From: Eledone cirrhosa
Taxonomy: Eukaryota
Assembly (NCBI GenBank): GCA_964016885.1
Contig: OZ024748.1
Span: forward strand, 50,282,001-50,346,000
Length of the DNA stretch: 64,000 bases
Direction of reading: 5' to 3'
Numbering within the stretch: the first letter of the stretch is position 1; each line of letters begins with the position of its first letter. This document shows, piece by piece, positions 15,210 through 27,945 of this stretch. The notes beneath the pieces are model-generated. The model was given only the letters and a program-made list of their open reading frames with translations, did not search any database and was not told the origin of the DNA. The position numbers and the translations under genes are program-made.

Positions 15210-15748
15210 GTGATAGTGATGATGGTGATGGTGATAGTGATGATAATGATGATGGTGGTGAAGATAATGATGATGGTGGTGATGGTGGTGGTGTTGATAA
15301 TGATGATGGTGATGATGGTGATGGTGATGGTGATGATAATGATGATAATGATGATGGTGATGGTGATGGTGATGATAATGATGATAATGATGATGGTGGT
15401 GATGGTGGTGGTGATGGTGATGGTGATGGTGATGATGGTGATGGTGAAGATAATAATGATGGTGGTGATGGTGATGGTGAAGATAATAATGATGGTGGTG
15501 ATGGTGATGGTGATGATAATGATGATGGTGGGATGGTGATGGTGATGATGATGGTGATGATGGTGATGGTGATGGTGTTGATAATGATGATGGTGGTGAT
15601 GGTGATGGTGGTGGTGATGATAATGATGATGGTGGTGATGGTGATGGTGATGATAATGATGGTGGTGGTGATGCTGGTGGTGATGATAATGATGATGGTG
15701 ATGATGGTGGTGGTGATGATGATAGAGACGATCACGCTTATGATGATG

Positions 15749-15788
<40 letters not shown>

Positions 15789-15815
15789 CGGTGGTGGTGG
15801 TGGTGATGGTGGTGA
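14670..15815. repeat. (GGT/GAT)n compound trinucleotide tract
   Basis: Directly visible. Confidence 0.95.
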
Positions 15816-15949
15816 AGGTAACCTCTCTACACAGAACTGCTGGTTACACTTACAACCCACTACGACAATATCTATTTACAATAGAATATTTAAATGGACA
15901 TGCATAGGAATCTACTGTGTAATTGCACTGCATACCAGTGTGCAGGTCC

Positions 15950-16205
15950 TTGTGTAGCTGTGTGTGTGTGTCTGTGTGTCTGTGGTGGTATGTGTTGGTA
16001 TGTGTTGGTATGTGTAGCTGTGTGTGTGTGACTGTCTGTGTGTCTGTGTTGGTATGTGTTGGTATGTGTAGCTGTGTGTGTGTGTGTCTGTGTTGGTATG
16101 TGTTGGTATGTGTAGCTGTGTGTGTGTGTGTCTGTGTTGGTATGTGTTGGTATGTGTAGCTGTGTGTGTGTGTCTGTGTTGGTATGTGTTGGTATGTGTA
16201 TGTGT
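15950..16205. repeat. TG-rich minisatellite (TGTGTTGGTA x2 + TGTGTAGC + (TG)n)
   Basis: About five ~46-bp units. Confidence 0.85.
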
Positions 16206-16350
16206 GTGTGCCAGAGTGCATGTGTCTGTGTGTTTGTGCTGGTATATATGCATTTGTACGTGTATATACCTCTGTGTATGTTTGTATGTATATCTATCTA
16301 TCTATCTATCTATCCATCTATCTATCTTTCTATCTATCTAAATATTTCTC

Positions 16351-16525
<175 letters not shown>

Positions 16526-16537
16526 GTATGTATGTAT

Positions 16538-16601
<64 letters not shown>

Positions 16602-16940
16602 GTATATATATGTATATACATATATAAGTTCATTTATTCATATAAGTATAAAAAAACTGCTTGGAAGTAAAATTTGGCGAGATTAAGAAAGAAAGAGGTG
16701 CAAAGAGAGAGGGTGAAAAGTAAGATGGGCGAGAAAGAAAAGGACAGAGACGGAAGTGTAGCGGTGTATTAGATAAATAAAGGTTACATCAGAGGTGTGG
16801 TGGGAGGTAGATCTGAAAGGTAAGAGAAAGAAGCGAGGGGCTGGAAATTAAGTGTGAGCTAAAGGGAGAATATAATGTGGGTTTGGAGGTGGAGGGACAA
16901 GAGCATACAAAGTAGATAAATAAATGTCATTATTAGCCAC

Positions 16941-17213
16941 TACGTCCCTTTACGATCTGAGTTCAATTCCCGCCGAGGTTGACTTTGCCTTTCATCCTTA
17001 CGGGGTCGATAAAATAAAGTACCAGTAACGCACTGGGATAATTGCTGGCCTTGTGCCTAAAGTAGAAACAATTATTAGCCACTACGTCCTTTTACGATCT
17101 GAGTTCAATTCCCGCCGAGGTTAACTTTGCCTTTCATCCTTGCGGGGTCGATAAAATAAAGTACCAGTAATGTACTGGGATAATTGCTGGCCTTGTGCCA
17201 AAAAGTAGAAACA
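16941..17213 (+). mobile_element. Two tandem 5'-truncated SINE S1 copies with 12-bp direct repeats
   Basis: B-box-like gagttcaattcc followed by cgaggttgactttgcctttcatccttacggggtcgataaaataaagtaccag (recalled as a Meta-SINE-like core). ATTATTAGCCAC occurs at 16929, 17071 and 17214. Confidence 0.85.
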
Positions 17214-20200
17214 ATTATTAGCCACAAGCGCACACAAGAAGGGGACAAAAACAAATGGGGAGTTTGCATACAGGTATATGAAAATAAAACTATTAATAAA
17301 ATAACAAATAACAATTGAAATCCCCAATGGGGGGGGGGGGGGTTACACAGGGGTTGTACACACCCCGAAAAAATGTATAACCCTCATCTCCAGGAGCACC
17401 AAGAGTTAGTACTCCCTTCCTCTGTTCCTCTTTTTCCTCTACCTACAGGCTTATATAGAGAGAAGGCCCAACCACTCGGGCCATCTTAGCCACATTCACC
17501 CACATTTTATGAAATTTGCTGGGGTACAGCACCTCTCTCTCTCCATCCTGGGGTACAGCACCCCTCTCTCCATCCTGGGGTACAGCACCTCTCTCTCCAT
17601 CCTGGGGTACAGCACCTCTCTCTCCATCCTGGGGTACAGCACCTCTCTCTCCCTCCTGGGGTACAGTACTTCTCTCCCAATCCTGGCGTACAGCACCTCT
17701 CTCTCCATCCTGGGGTACAGCACCTCTCTCTCCATCCTGGGGTACAGCACCTCTCTCTCCATCCTGGGGTACAGCACCTCTCTCTCCATCCTGGGGTACA
17801 GTACCTCGCTCTCCATCCTGGGGTACAGCACCTCTCTCTCCATCCTGGGGTACAGCACTTCTCTCCCAATCCTGGCGTACAGCACCTCTCTCTCCATCCT
17901 GGGGTACAGCACCTCTCTCTCCATCCTGGGGTACAGCACCTCTCTCTCCATCCTGGGGTACAGCACTTCTCTCCCAATCCTGGCGTACAGCACCTCTCTC
18001 TCCATCCTGGGGTACAGCACCTCTCTCTCCATCCTGGGGTACAGCACCTCTCTCTCCATCCTGGGGTACAGCACCTCTCTCTCCATCCTGGGGTACAGCA
18101 CCTCTCTCTCCATCCTGGGGTACAGTACCTCGCTCTCCATCCTGGGGTACAGCACCTCTCTCTCCATCCTGGGGTACAGCACTTCTCTCCCAATCCTGGC
18201 GTACAGCACCTCTCTCTCCATCCTGGGGTACAGCACCTCTCTCTCCATCCTGGGGTACAGCACCTCTCTCTCCATCCTGGGGTACAGCACTTCTCTCCCA
18301 ATCCTGGCGTACAGCACCTCTCTCTCCATCCTGGGGTACAGCACCTCTCTCTCCATCCTGGGGTACAGTACCTCTCTCTCCATCCTGGGGTACAGCACCT
18401 CTCTCTCTCCATCCTGGGGTACAGCACCCCTCTCTCCATCCTGGGGTACAGCACCTCTCTCTCCATCCTGGGGTACAGCACCTCTCTCTCCATCCTGGGG
18501 TACAGCACCTCTCTCTCCATCCTGGGGTACAGTACTTCTCTCCCAATCCTGGCGTACAGCACCTCTCTCTCCATCCTGGGGTACAGCGCCTCTCTCTCCA
18601 TCCTGGGGTACAGCACCTCTCTCTCCATCCTGGGGTACAGCACTTCTCTCTCCATCCTGGGGTACAGTACCTCGCTCTCCATCCTGGGGTACAGCACCTC
18701 TCTCTCCATCCTGGGGTACAGCACTTCTCTCCCAATCCTGGCGTACAGCACCTCTCTCTCCATCCTGGGGTACAGCACCTCTCTCTCCATCCTGGGGTAC
18801 AGCACCTCTCTCTCCATCCTGGGGTACAGCACCTCTCTCTCCATCCTGGGGTACAGTACCTCGCTCTCCATCCTGGGGTACAGCACCTCTCTCTCCATCC
18901 TGGGGTACAGCACTTCTCTCCCAATCCTGGCGTACAGCACCTCTCTCTCCATCCTGGGGTACAGCACCTCTCTCTCCATCCTGGGGTACAGTACCTCTCT
19001 CTCCATCCTGGGGTACAGCACTTCTCTCCCAATCCTGGCGTACAGCACCTCTCTCTCCATCCTGGGGTACAGCACCTCTCTCTCCATCCTGGGGTACAGC
19101 ACCTCTCTCTCCATCCTGGGGTACAGCACCTCTCTCTCCATCCTGGGGTACAGTACCTCGCTCTCCATCCTGGGGTACAGCACCTCTCTCTCCATCCTGG
19201 GGTACAGCACTTCTCTCCCAATCCTGGCGTACAGCACCTCTCTCTCCATCCTGGGGTACAGCACCTCTCTCTCCATCCTGGGGTACAGCACCTCTCTCTC
19301 CATCCTGGGGTACAGCACTTCTCTCCCAATCCTGGCGTACAGCACCTCTCTCTCCATCTTGGGGTACAGCACCTCTCTCTCCATCCTGGGGTACAGTACC
19401 TCTCTCTCCATCCTGGGGTACAGCACCTCTCTCTCTCCATCCTGGGGTACAGCACCCCTCTCTCCATCCTGGGGTACAGCACCTCTCTCCATCCTGGGGT
19501 ACAGCACCTCTCTCTCCATCCTGGGGTACAGCACCTCTCTCTCCATCCTGGGGTACAGTACTTCTCTCCCAATCCTGGCGTACAGCACCTCTCTCTCCAT
19601 CCTGGGGTACAGCACCTCTCTCTCCATCCTGGGGTACAGCACCTCTCTCTCCATCCTGGGGTACAGCACCTCTCTCTCCATCCTGGGGTACAGTACCTCG
19701 CTCTCCATCCTGGGGTACAGCACCTCTCTCTCCATCCTGGGGTACAGCACTTCTCTCCCAATCCTGGCGTACAGCACCTCTCTCTCCATCCTGGGGTACA
19801 GCACCTCTCTCTCCATCCTGGGGTACAGCACCTCTCTCTCCATCCTGGCGTACAGCACCTCGCTCTCCATCCTGGGGTACAGCACCTCTCTCTCCATCCT
19901 GGGGTACAGCACCTCTCTCTCCATCCTGGGGTACAGCACCTCTCTCTCCATCCTGGGGTACAGCACCTCTCTCTCCATCCTGGGGTACAGTACCTCGCTC
20001 TCCATCCTGGGGTACAGCACCTCTCTCTCCATCCTGGGGTACAGCACTTCTCTCCCAATCCTGGCGTACAGCACCTCTCTCTCCATCCTGGGGTACAGCA
20101 CCTCTCTCTCCATCCTGGGGTACAGCACCTCTCTCTCCATCCTGGGGTACAGTACCTCGCTCTCCATCCTGGGGTACAGCACCTCTCTCTCCATCCTGGG

Positions 20201-20650
20201 GTACAGCACTTCTCTCCCAATCCTGGCGTACAGCACCTCTCTCTCCATCCTGGGGTACAGCACCTCTCTCTCCATCCTGGGGTACAGCACCTCTCTCTCC
20301 ATCCTGGGGTACAGCACTTCTCTCCCAATCCTGGCGTACAGCACCTCTCTCTCCATCCTGGGGTACAGCACCTCTCTCTCCATCCTGGGGTACAGTACCT
20401 CTCTCTCCATCCTGGGGTACAGCACCTCTCTCTCCATCCTGGGGTACAGTACCTCGCTCTCCATCCTGGGGTACAGCACCTCTCTCTCCATCCTGATACT
20501 TCTTCCAAAATGATATTTGAAAAACGAATCAGTTGCTCGCCGGAGAGGAAGGTGTCTGACCTCAGCCCTTTTAACCTCGTCCACCATATAACCTCTTTCA
20601 CCATAGCCATAACACATAGGAAAACCACCTGTCCCACGTTTTTGAAGGAG
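17214..20650 (-). mobile_element. 5'-truncated Tx1/L1-like LINE 3' end interrupted by a minisatellite
   Basis: ORF2 C-terminal-like text GQVVFLCVMAMVKEVIWWTRLKG...FFKYHF...MEREVLYPSKFHKMWVNVAKM. The 3' UTR is highly similar to 38218-38590. Confidence 0.75.
17519..20495. repeat. 27-bp minisatellite CTGGGGTACAGCACCTCTCTCTCCATC, ~110 copies
   Basis: Near-perfect tandem array with recurring variant units and no stop codons in the unit. Confidence 0.98.
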
Positions 20651-20651
20651 G

Positions 20652-21720
20652 GTGGTGGTATAGTGGTGTAGTGAGAGAGAGGTGGTGGAGTGGTGTAGTG
20701 AGAGGGAGTTGGTGGAGTGGTGTAGTGAGAGGGAGGTGGTGTATTGTTGTAGTGAGAGAGAGGTGGTGTAGTGGTGTGGTGAGAGAGAGGTGGTGTAGTG
20801 AGAGAGAGGTGGTGTAGTGGTGTAGTGCGAGGGAGGTGGTGTACTGGTGTAGTGAGAGAGAGGTGGTGTAGTGAGAGAGAGGTGGTGTAGTGGTGTAGTG
20901 AGAGATAGGTGGTGTAGTGGTGTAGTGAGAGGGAGGAGGTGTAGTGGTGTAGTGGTGTAGTGAGAGGGAGGAGGTGTAGTGAGAGGGAGGTGGTGTAGTG
21001 AGAGGGAGGAGGTGTAGTGGTGTAATGAGAGAGAGGTGGTGTAGTGAGAGAGAGGTGGTGTAGTGGTGTAGTGAGAGAGAGGTGGTGTAGTGAGAGAGAG
21101 GTGGTGTAGTGAGAGAGAGGTGGTGTAGTGGTGTAGTGAGAGGGAGGTGGTGTAGTGGTGTAGTGAGAGGGAGGGGGTGTAGTGGTGTAGTGAGAGAGAG
21201 GTGGTGTAGTGGTGTAGAGAGAGGTGGTGTAGTGGTGTAGTGAGAGGGAGGTGGTGTAGTGGTGTAGAGAGAGAGAGGTGGTGTAGTGGTGTAGAGAGAG
21301 AGAGGTGGTGTAGTGGTGTAGTGAGAGGGTGGTGGTGTAGTGGTGTAGAGAGAGAGAGGTGGTGTAGTGGTGTAGTGAGAGAGAGGTGGTGTAGTGGTGT
21401 AGTGAGAGAGAGGTGGTGTAGTGAGAGAGAGGTGGTGTAGTGAGAGAGAGGTGGTGTAGTGGTGTAGTGAGAGGGAGGAGGTGTAGTGAGAGGGAGGTGG
21501 TGTAGTGAGAGGGAGGAGGTGTAGTGGTGTAATGAGAGAGAGGTGGTGTAGTGAGAGAGAGGTGGTGTAGTGAGAGAGAGGTGGTGTAGTGAGAGGGAGG
21601 TGGTGTAGAGAGAGAGAGGTGGTGTAGTGGTGTAGTGAGAGAGAGGTGGTGTAGTGGTGTAGTGAGAGGGAGGTGGTGTAGTGAGAGGGAGGTGGTGTAG
21701 AGAGAGAGAGGTGGTGTAGT
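20652..21720. repeat. Minisatellite of 19/27-bp units AGTGAGAGAGAGGTGGTGT(AGTGGTGT)
   Basis: Directly visible. Confidence 0.95.
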
Positions 21721-21904
21721 CAGCGATGCTAGAAATAAGCGAATGTTCTCCTTGTCAACATGGCCTGTTCTGAGGACTGGCTTGCTCTTTTAAACTGCAT
21801 CCCCCACTACACCAACCACCACCACCTACGCCACATGTCTCAATTTACCTATCTCCTACTCATCCTTTTCTGCTCCATCTCCTTCAACTTCACCATCTGG
21901 TTGC

Positions 21905-21960
<56 letters not shown>

Positions 21961-22418
21961 CACACACTCTCTCTCTCACTCCTTCTCACTCTCTCTCCCA
22001 CACTCATTCACACATTCTCTCTTTCCCTCTCTCACACACAAACACTCACTCTCTCTCTCTCTGTCTCACACAATCTCTCATTTTCTCATTCTTTCTCCAA
22101 CACACTCACTCACTCATACATTCTCTCTCTTTCCCTCTCTCTCTCTTACTTTCTCTCTCACTCACACACACACAATCACTCACTCTCTCTCATTTTCCCT
22201 CCCACACTCACTCACTCATTCACACATTCTCTCTCTATCTATCTATCTCTCACTCACTCTCTCTATCTCTCCCTCTATCACACACACACACACACTCACA
22301 CACACAACCTCTATCTCTCTCAGTCTCTCTCTCTCTCCCTCTCTCTCTCTGTCTCTGACTCTCTCATTCGCTCTCCCACACTCACTCACTCATTCAAACA
22401 TTCTCTTTTTTTCACACA

Positions 22419-22458
<40 letters not shown>

Positions 22459-22719
22459 CTCCCTTTCCCTCTCTCTCCCTGTCTCTCTCTCCCCCTCTCT
22501 CTCTGTCTCTCTCTCCCCTTCTCTCTCTGTCCCTCTCTCTCTCTAAGTTATCCTCTTTGGCCAGCTATATCTCCTACGCTCCTTCTTCCACCCCCTTCAC
22601 TTCTGTCTCATAGTTAACATACAGTCATAGGTAAACAGCCGTTTGTGTTGAGAATTGATGGTTGGCTTGTTGGTGGGACGGGTGGGGGGAGGTCAGCAGG
22701 ACAGGGTAGAGTTCGTTTG

Positions 22720-24345
22720 ACTGGGTGGCTGGGTGGATGGTTGGATGGTTGGATCGTTGATTGGCTGGGTGGCTGGGTGGATGGTTGGCTGGTTGGATGG
22801 TTGGATGGTTTGATGGTTGGATGGCTGGGTGGCTGGGTGTGTGGTTAGATGATTTGGTAGTTGTGTGGATGGTTGAATGGTTGGATGGTTGGATGTTTGG
22901 ATGGCTGGGTGGATAGTTAGATGATTGGGTGGTTGTGTGGATGGTTGGATGGTTGAAAGGCTGGGTGGATGGTTTGATGGTTGGATGGCTGGGTGGCTGG
23001 GTGGATGGTTGGATGGTTAGATAATTGGGTGGTTGGGTGGATGGTTGGATGGTTGGATGGCTGGGTGGCTGGGTGGATGGTTGGATGGTTGGATGGCTGG
23101 GTGGTTGGATGGATGGTTGGATGGTTATATGACTGGGTGGCTGGGTGGATGGTTGGATGGTTGGATGGTTGGATGGCTTTTTGGTTAGATGGTTGGATGG
23201 CTGGGTGGATGGTTGGATGGTTGGATGGTTGGATGGCTGGGTGTTTAGATGGTTGGATGACTGGGTGGCTGGTTGGATGGCTGGGTGGATGGGTGGATGG
23301 TTGGATGGTTGGATGGTTGGATGGCTGGGTGGATGGTTGGATGGTTAGATGGTTCAATGGCTGGATGGTTGGATGGTTGGATGGCTGGGTGGCTGGGTGC
23401 ATGGTTGGATGGCTGGGTGGCTGGGTGGTTGTCTGGGTGGTTGGCTGGTTGGATGTTTCGATGGCTGGATGGGTGGATGGTTGGATGGTTGGATGGCTGG
23501 GTAGCTCGGTGGATGGTTGGCTGGGTGGATGGTTGGATGTTTGGATGGTTGGATGGTTGGATGGCTGGGTGGATAGATGGATGGTTGGATGGTTGAATGG
23601 TTAGATGGCTAGGTGGCTGGGTGGATGGTTGGATGGTTGGATGGGTGGATGGTTGGATGCTTGGATGACTGGGTGGCTGGGTGGATGGTTGGATGGTTGG
23701 ATGGTTGGGTGTATGGTTGGATGGTTGGATGGTTGGATGGTTGGATGGTTGGGTGGCTGGGTGGATGGTTGGATGGTTGGATGATTGGGTGGTTGGGTGG
23801 ATGGTTGGATGGTTGGATGGCTGGGTGGATGGTTGGATGGTTGGATGGTTGGGTGTATGGTTGGATGGTTGGATGGTTGAATGGTTGGATGGTTGGGTGG
23901 CTGGGTGGATGGTTGGATGGTTGGATGATTGGGTGGTTGGGTGGATGGTTGGATGGTTGGATGGCTGGGTGGCTGGGTGGATGGTTGGATGGTTGGATGG
24001 CTGGGTGGCTGGGTGGCTAGTTGGATGGTTGGATGGTTGGATGGTTGGATGGCTGGGTGGTTGGGTGGCTAGTTGGATGGTTGGATGGTTGGATGGCTGG
24101 GTGGCTGTGTGGATGGTTGGATGGTTGGATGGTTGGATGATTAGTTACATGGATGTCTCGGTGACTGGGTGACTGGGTGACTGGGTGGCCGGGTGACTGG
24201 CTGGCTGGGTGGATGGTTGGATGGTTGGATGGTTAGTTACATAGATGTCTGGGTGACTGGGGGATTGGGTGACTGGGTGGCCGGGTGGCTGGCTGGCTGG
24301 TTAGACGGTTGAATGGTTAGTTACCTGGTTGGATGGGTGACATGG
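22720..24345. repeat. (GGAT/GGTT/GGCT/GGGT)n tetranucleotide-based tract
   Basis: Directly visible. Confidence 0.95.
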
Positions 24346-24349
24346 ATGG

Positions 24350-24732
24350 CATAGTATTTCTATTAAAAATTTTACTATATTTATGTGTAGGGGGAAAATG
24401 CTTCGTAATAAGGGAAAGAAAGATCTTAGCTAAGTGTGTGGCCACCTCCATATTATATGGTGGATTATACCAACAAATGCGACGGGATCTATTTCTTCTA
24501 GGTCTATTCTGGTACTCTGTATATGCTACCTTATCGACAAATCCTCTCCGAGCAAGAGCTTCATTGTAATAAGTGGAATGGTCGTTGAAAATATGGTCGT
24601 TAGTAGATAGACGGGAAAGCCTCAACGAAACGTTTCCTACCAGGTTCTTGGTTATGCTGGCAGGATGGTTGGAATGCTTACTTATGTAATTAAGCGTATC
24701 ATTCGGCTTTCTATACGGGTAATACCACCCAT

Positions 24733-24733
<1 letters not shown>
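24350..24733 (-). pseudogene. Penelope-like retroelement RT thumb/linker fragment (possibly Naiad-type)
   Basis: YRKPN..LNYI...SNHP..I....R.SRLS....F......Y..AL...G....RRICWYNPPY...V.T.LAKIFL.LI.KHFP..HK.SKIFNRNT is a recognised PLE RT C-terminal signature. It is an open 128-codon fragment truncated at both ends. Confidence 0.85.
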
Positions 24734-24768
<35 letters not shown>

Positions 24769-24787
24769 TACATATATATATGTATAT

Positions 24788-24947
24788 GTTTATCCGGGGT
24801 TCAATCGGGGGTAACCACAGTAAGTAAGGTACTCAATGCATGGCAGAGTATATATATTTAATATAGAAATGTCTTCTACAGGACTAGAAATGATTCATTC
24901 GGAGGAAATCATCAGTGCTTCCTGATGATTTGCTCCGAATGAAACAG
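24788..24947 (-). mobile_element. Subfamily A' HHR element with partial inverted arm
   Basis: Reverse tail ccggggttcaatcgggggtaaccacagtaagtaaggtactcaatgcatggcagagta, a minus-strand ctgatga core and the plus arm gcttcCTGATGAtttgctccgaatGAAAcag. Confidence 0.8.
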
Positions 24948-25650
24948 CCATAGCCTGCGCATCGGCCTTTCCCTGAGGCTCGGCCTTCGGATCTGACAGC
25001 CACACCAATGTCGCTGTGGTTCCACCGTAGACTCTTTCGGCCTCCACCCGGTTTCCTGTCGCCACAGTGCCGGCCGCATTCCACGCCATGCTGCCCTCAA
25101 CGAAGTCCTTAAGCATGGCATGGACGCTGCAGGCTTCCCTTCCCAGCTCGAGCCGGTGGGTCTGGATCGAAGGGACGGCAAATGGCCAGATGCCATGACC
25201 ATCTTCCCGTTCCGCGGTGGAAAACCCCTCGTCTGGGATGCCACTTGCACCGACACTTTCTGCAGCCGCAACCTGGGGCTGTCTGCGACCGACCCAGGTT
25301 CTGCTGCACGTCGGGCTGAGGGGTCCAAACTCCTCAAATACCGGTCGCTCTCCAAATAACGGTCGACAGGTTTGCGGTCGTACGCCTGGCAGTGGAGAAT
25401 TCTGGTGTCCTCGGCTCCAGGGCTACATCTTTACTGACCACCATAGGCGCTGAGCTGGCCAGCCGCAAGTGTGAGCCCCGCGAGTTGGAGTGGCTTTTCC
25501 AGTGCGTCTCTCTCTTGCCGTCCTCCGGAGAAACGCCTTCTCCATTCTGTCCGCCGGGGCTGTGGGTGGGCCCCATCGCGTACCGTAGTAGTTGTTGTGG
25601 AAGAAACAGAAAGATAACAACTGGAAAGTTTGTTATAATATCGTCTTTTT
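24948..25650 (+). mobile_element. CRE-clade non-LTR retrotransposon 3' fragment (Zn knuckle + restriction-like endonuclease), pseudogenised
   Basis: LRLGLRI*QPHQCRCG...GLHPVSC...RHAALN...LEPVGLDRRDGKWPDAMT..PF.GGKPLVWDATCTDT...AARRAE..KLLKY, then a frameshift to AVENSGVLG...WLFQCVSL. Forms a GC-rich island. Confidence 0.85.
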
Positions 25651-25739
25651 ATTTCTATATTAAATATATATACTGTATATATATTTATATATAACAACGA
25701 TAGCATTAACAGAAATAAACTGAAAAACCATCAGAAGCG

Positions 25740-26188
25740 ACAGCATCATCATCAACAACAACAACAACAAATGCCACAACAAAAACAACAACAACAATAG
25801 CAACAACAACAACAGCAACAACAACAACAACAACATCAACTTTAACCAGGTTAAGAACATGAGCAATAACAACAACACTTTCTCCAACTGCAACAATAGT
25901 CACCGGCAATATGAGACACCCCACCACCACTACCACCACCTATCCACACTGAACTGCTACCTCCTCTTTATACTCCACCTACTCCTCTTTCTGGTCATCA
26001 TAATCATCATCATCATCACCATCAATAATCGCCACTAACTGCACTGTGTCATTATCAATATTGTCATCACTGCCCACATCCAAATGCATCACCACTACCA
26101 TTACCACCATCACCACCCCAACCATAAACACTACCATCACCATCATCACCATCATCATCATCATCATCATTATCATCATCATCGTCGC

Positions 26189-26222
<34 letters not shown>

Positions 26223-27345
26223 GTCATCATCATCATAATTATCATCATCATTAATTAATCGTCGCCACCATTTTCACCGATATTAGAAAACATTGTCATC
26301 AGCGTCCACCTCCAAATACACCCCCCCCCCCCGTCATCATTACCACCGCAACCACCACCCTCACCACCACCACCATCATCATCATCATAATCATCATGAT
26401 CATCACTCTGAGTAATTAACGCCGCCATTGTGAACGCCTCCGTCCCCATCCCCCCACTGCGCCACCGTCGTCATCATCTCCGGTGCAGTAGTTATTACCT
26501 GCAAAACAATATCAATCTGCAACAAAAGCAGTGACACAACAGCATTCCCACATACACACATATAAAGGCAGGTACACGCACATACACACACATACACACA
26601 CAAACACACACATAACCACCACCACCACCACCACCACCACCACCACCACCACCATTACCACCAGCACTACCACCACTATCGCCACCACCACCACAAGACC
26701 ACTACACACCACCACCACCACCGCCACCGCCGCCATCACTACCATCACCACCACCACTACCACCACCACCACCACCACCACCACCACCACCACCACCTCC
26801 GCCATCACTACCACCACCACCACCGCCACCACCACCACCACCACCACCACCACCACCACCACCACCACCACCACCACCACCTCCGCCATCACTACCACCA
26901 CCACCACCGCCACCACCACCACCACCACCACCACCACCACCACCACCACCACCACCTCCGCCATCACTACCACCACCACCACCACCACCACCACTACCAC
27001 CACCACCGCCACCACCACCACCACCACCACCACCACCACCTCCGCCATCACTACCACCACCACCACCACCACCACCACTACCACCACCACCACCACCACC
27101 ACTACCAAAACACCCACTACGCACCACCACCATCACCATTCTTACCACCACAACCACCACCGTCACTACCACCACTACCGCCACCGCCACCCCTGCCAGC
27201 ATCCCTGCCAGCACCACCACCACCACCACCACCACCACCACCACCACCACCACCACCACCACCACCACCACTACCACCACTACCACTACCACTACCACCA
27301 CCACTCCCACCACTACACCCCACCACCACCACCAGAAGCACCACC
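25740..27345. repeat. Compound (AAC)n/(ATC)n/(ACC)n tracts
   Basis: Directly visible, with short unique spacers. Confidence 0.9.
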
Positions 27346-27613
27346 CTCAGCAGCAGCAGCAGCAGCAGTAGCAGCAACCACAACTACAGCCACGATAAGC
27401 AACCGCCATAAACAACAGCAATTGTGCCCAGCGATAGATTGTTACAAGCATTTCCCCCTCCCCAAACACACACTCACGCCCACGCTCACACACATGTATA
27501 TACCTATATATATATACATATATATATATATATACCTCTATATATATATATATAAAGAGAGAGAGAGAGAGAGAGAAGAGATAGATAGATAGATATACAT
27601 ACACACACACATA

Positions 27614-27669
<56 letters not shown>

Positions 27670-27815
27670 TATGTATACGTACATACATATATGTATACAT
27701 TTATATATATATATTATATATATATGTACATATACTGGGTGTCCCCCAAAATGTATACACACCTCAACAGCATTCTAATCAAAGCGTGTATACATTTATA
27801 TGTATGTATTCATGA

Positions 27816-27884
<69 letters not shown>

Positions 27885-27945
27885 TATATATACGTACATA
27901 CATATATGTATACATATATATATATATTATATATATGTACATATC

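Noticed and set aside
17519-20495. CRISPR-like array
   Set aside because: Units are directly adjacent with no unique spacers, and the context is eukaryotic with no cas genes.
17443-20671. ~1000-aa ORFs on both strands, including a Cys-rich repeat
   Set aside because: Artefact of a stop-free 27-bp tandem unit inside a dead LINE; frames switch at indel units.
24994-24996. In-frame TGA at a likely Cys position of the CRE fragment read as selenocysteine
   Set aside because: The fragment also has a frameshift and a further stop, and no SECIS was seen; simple decay is more likely.
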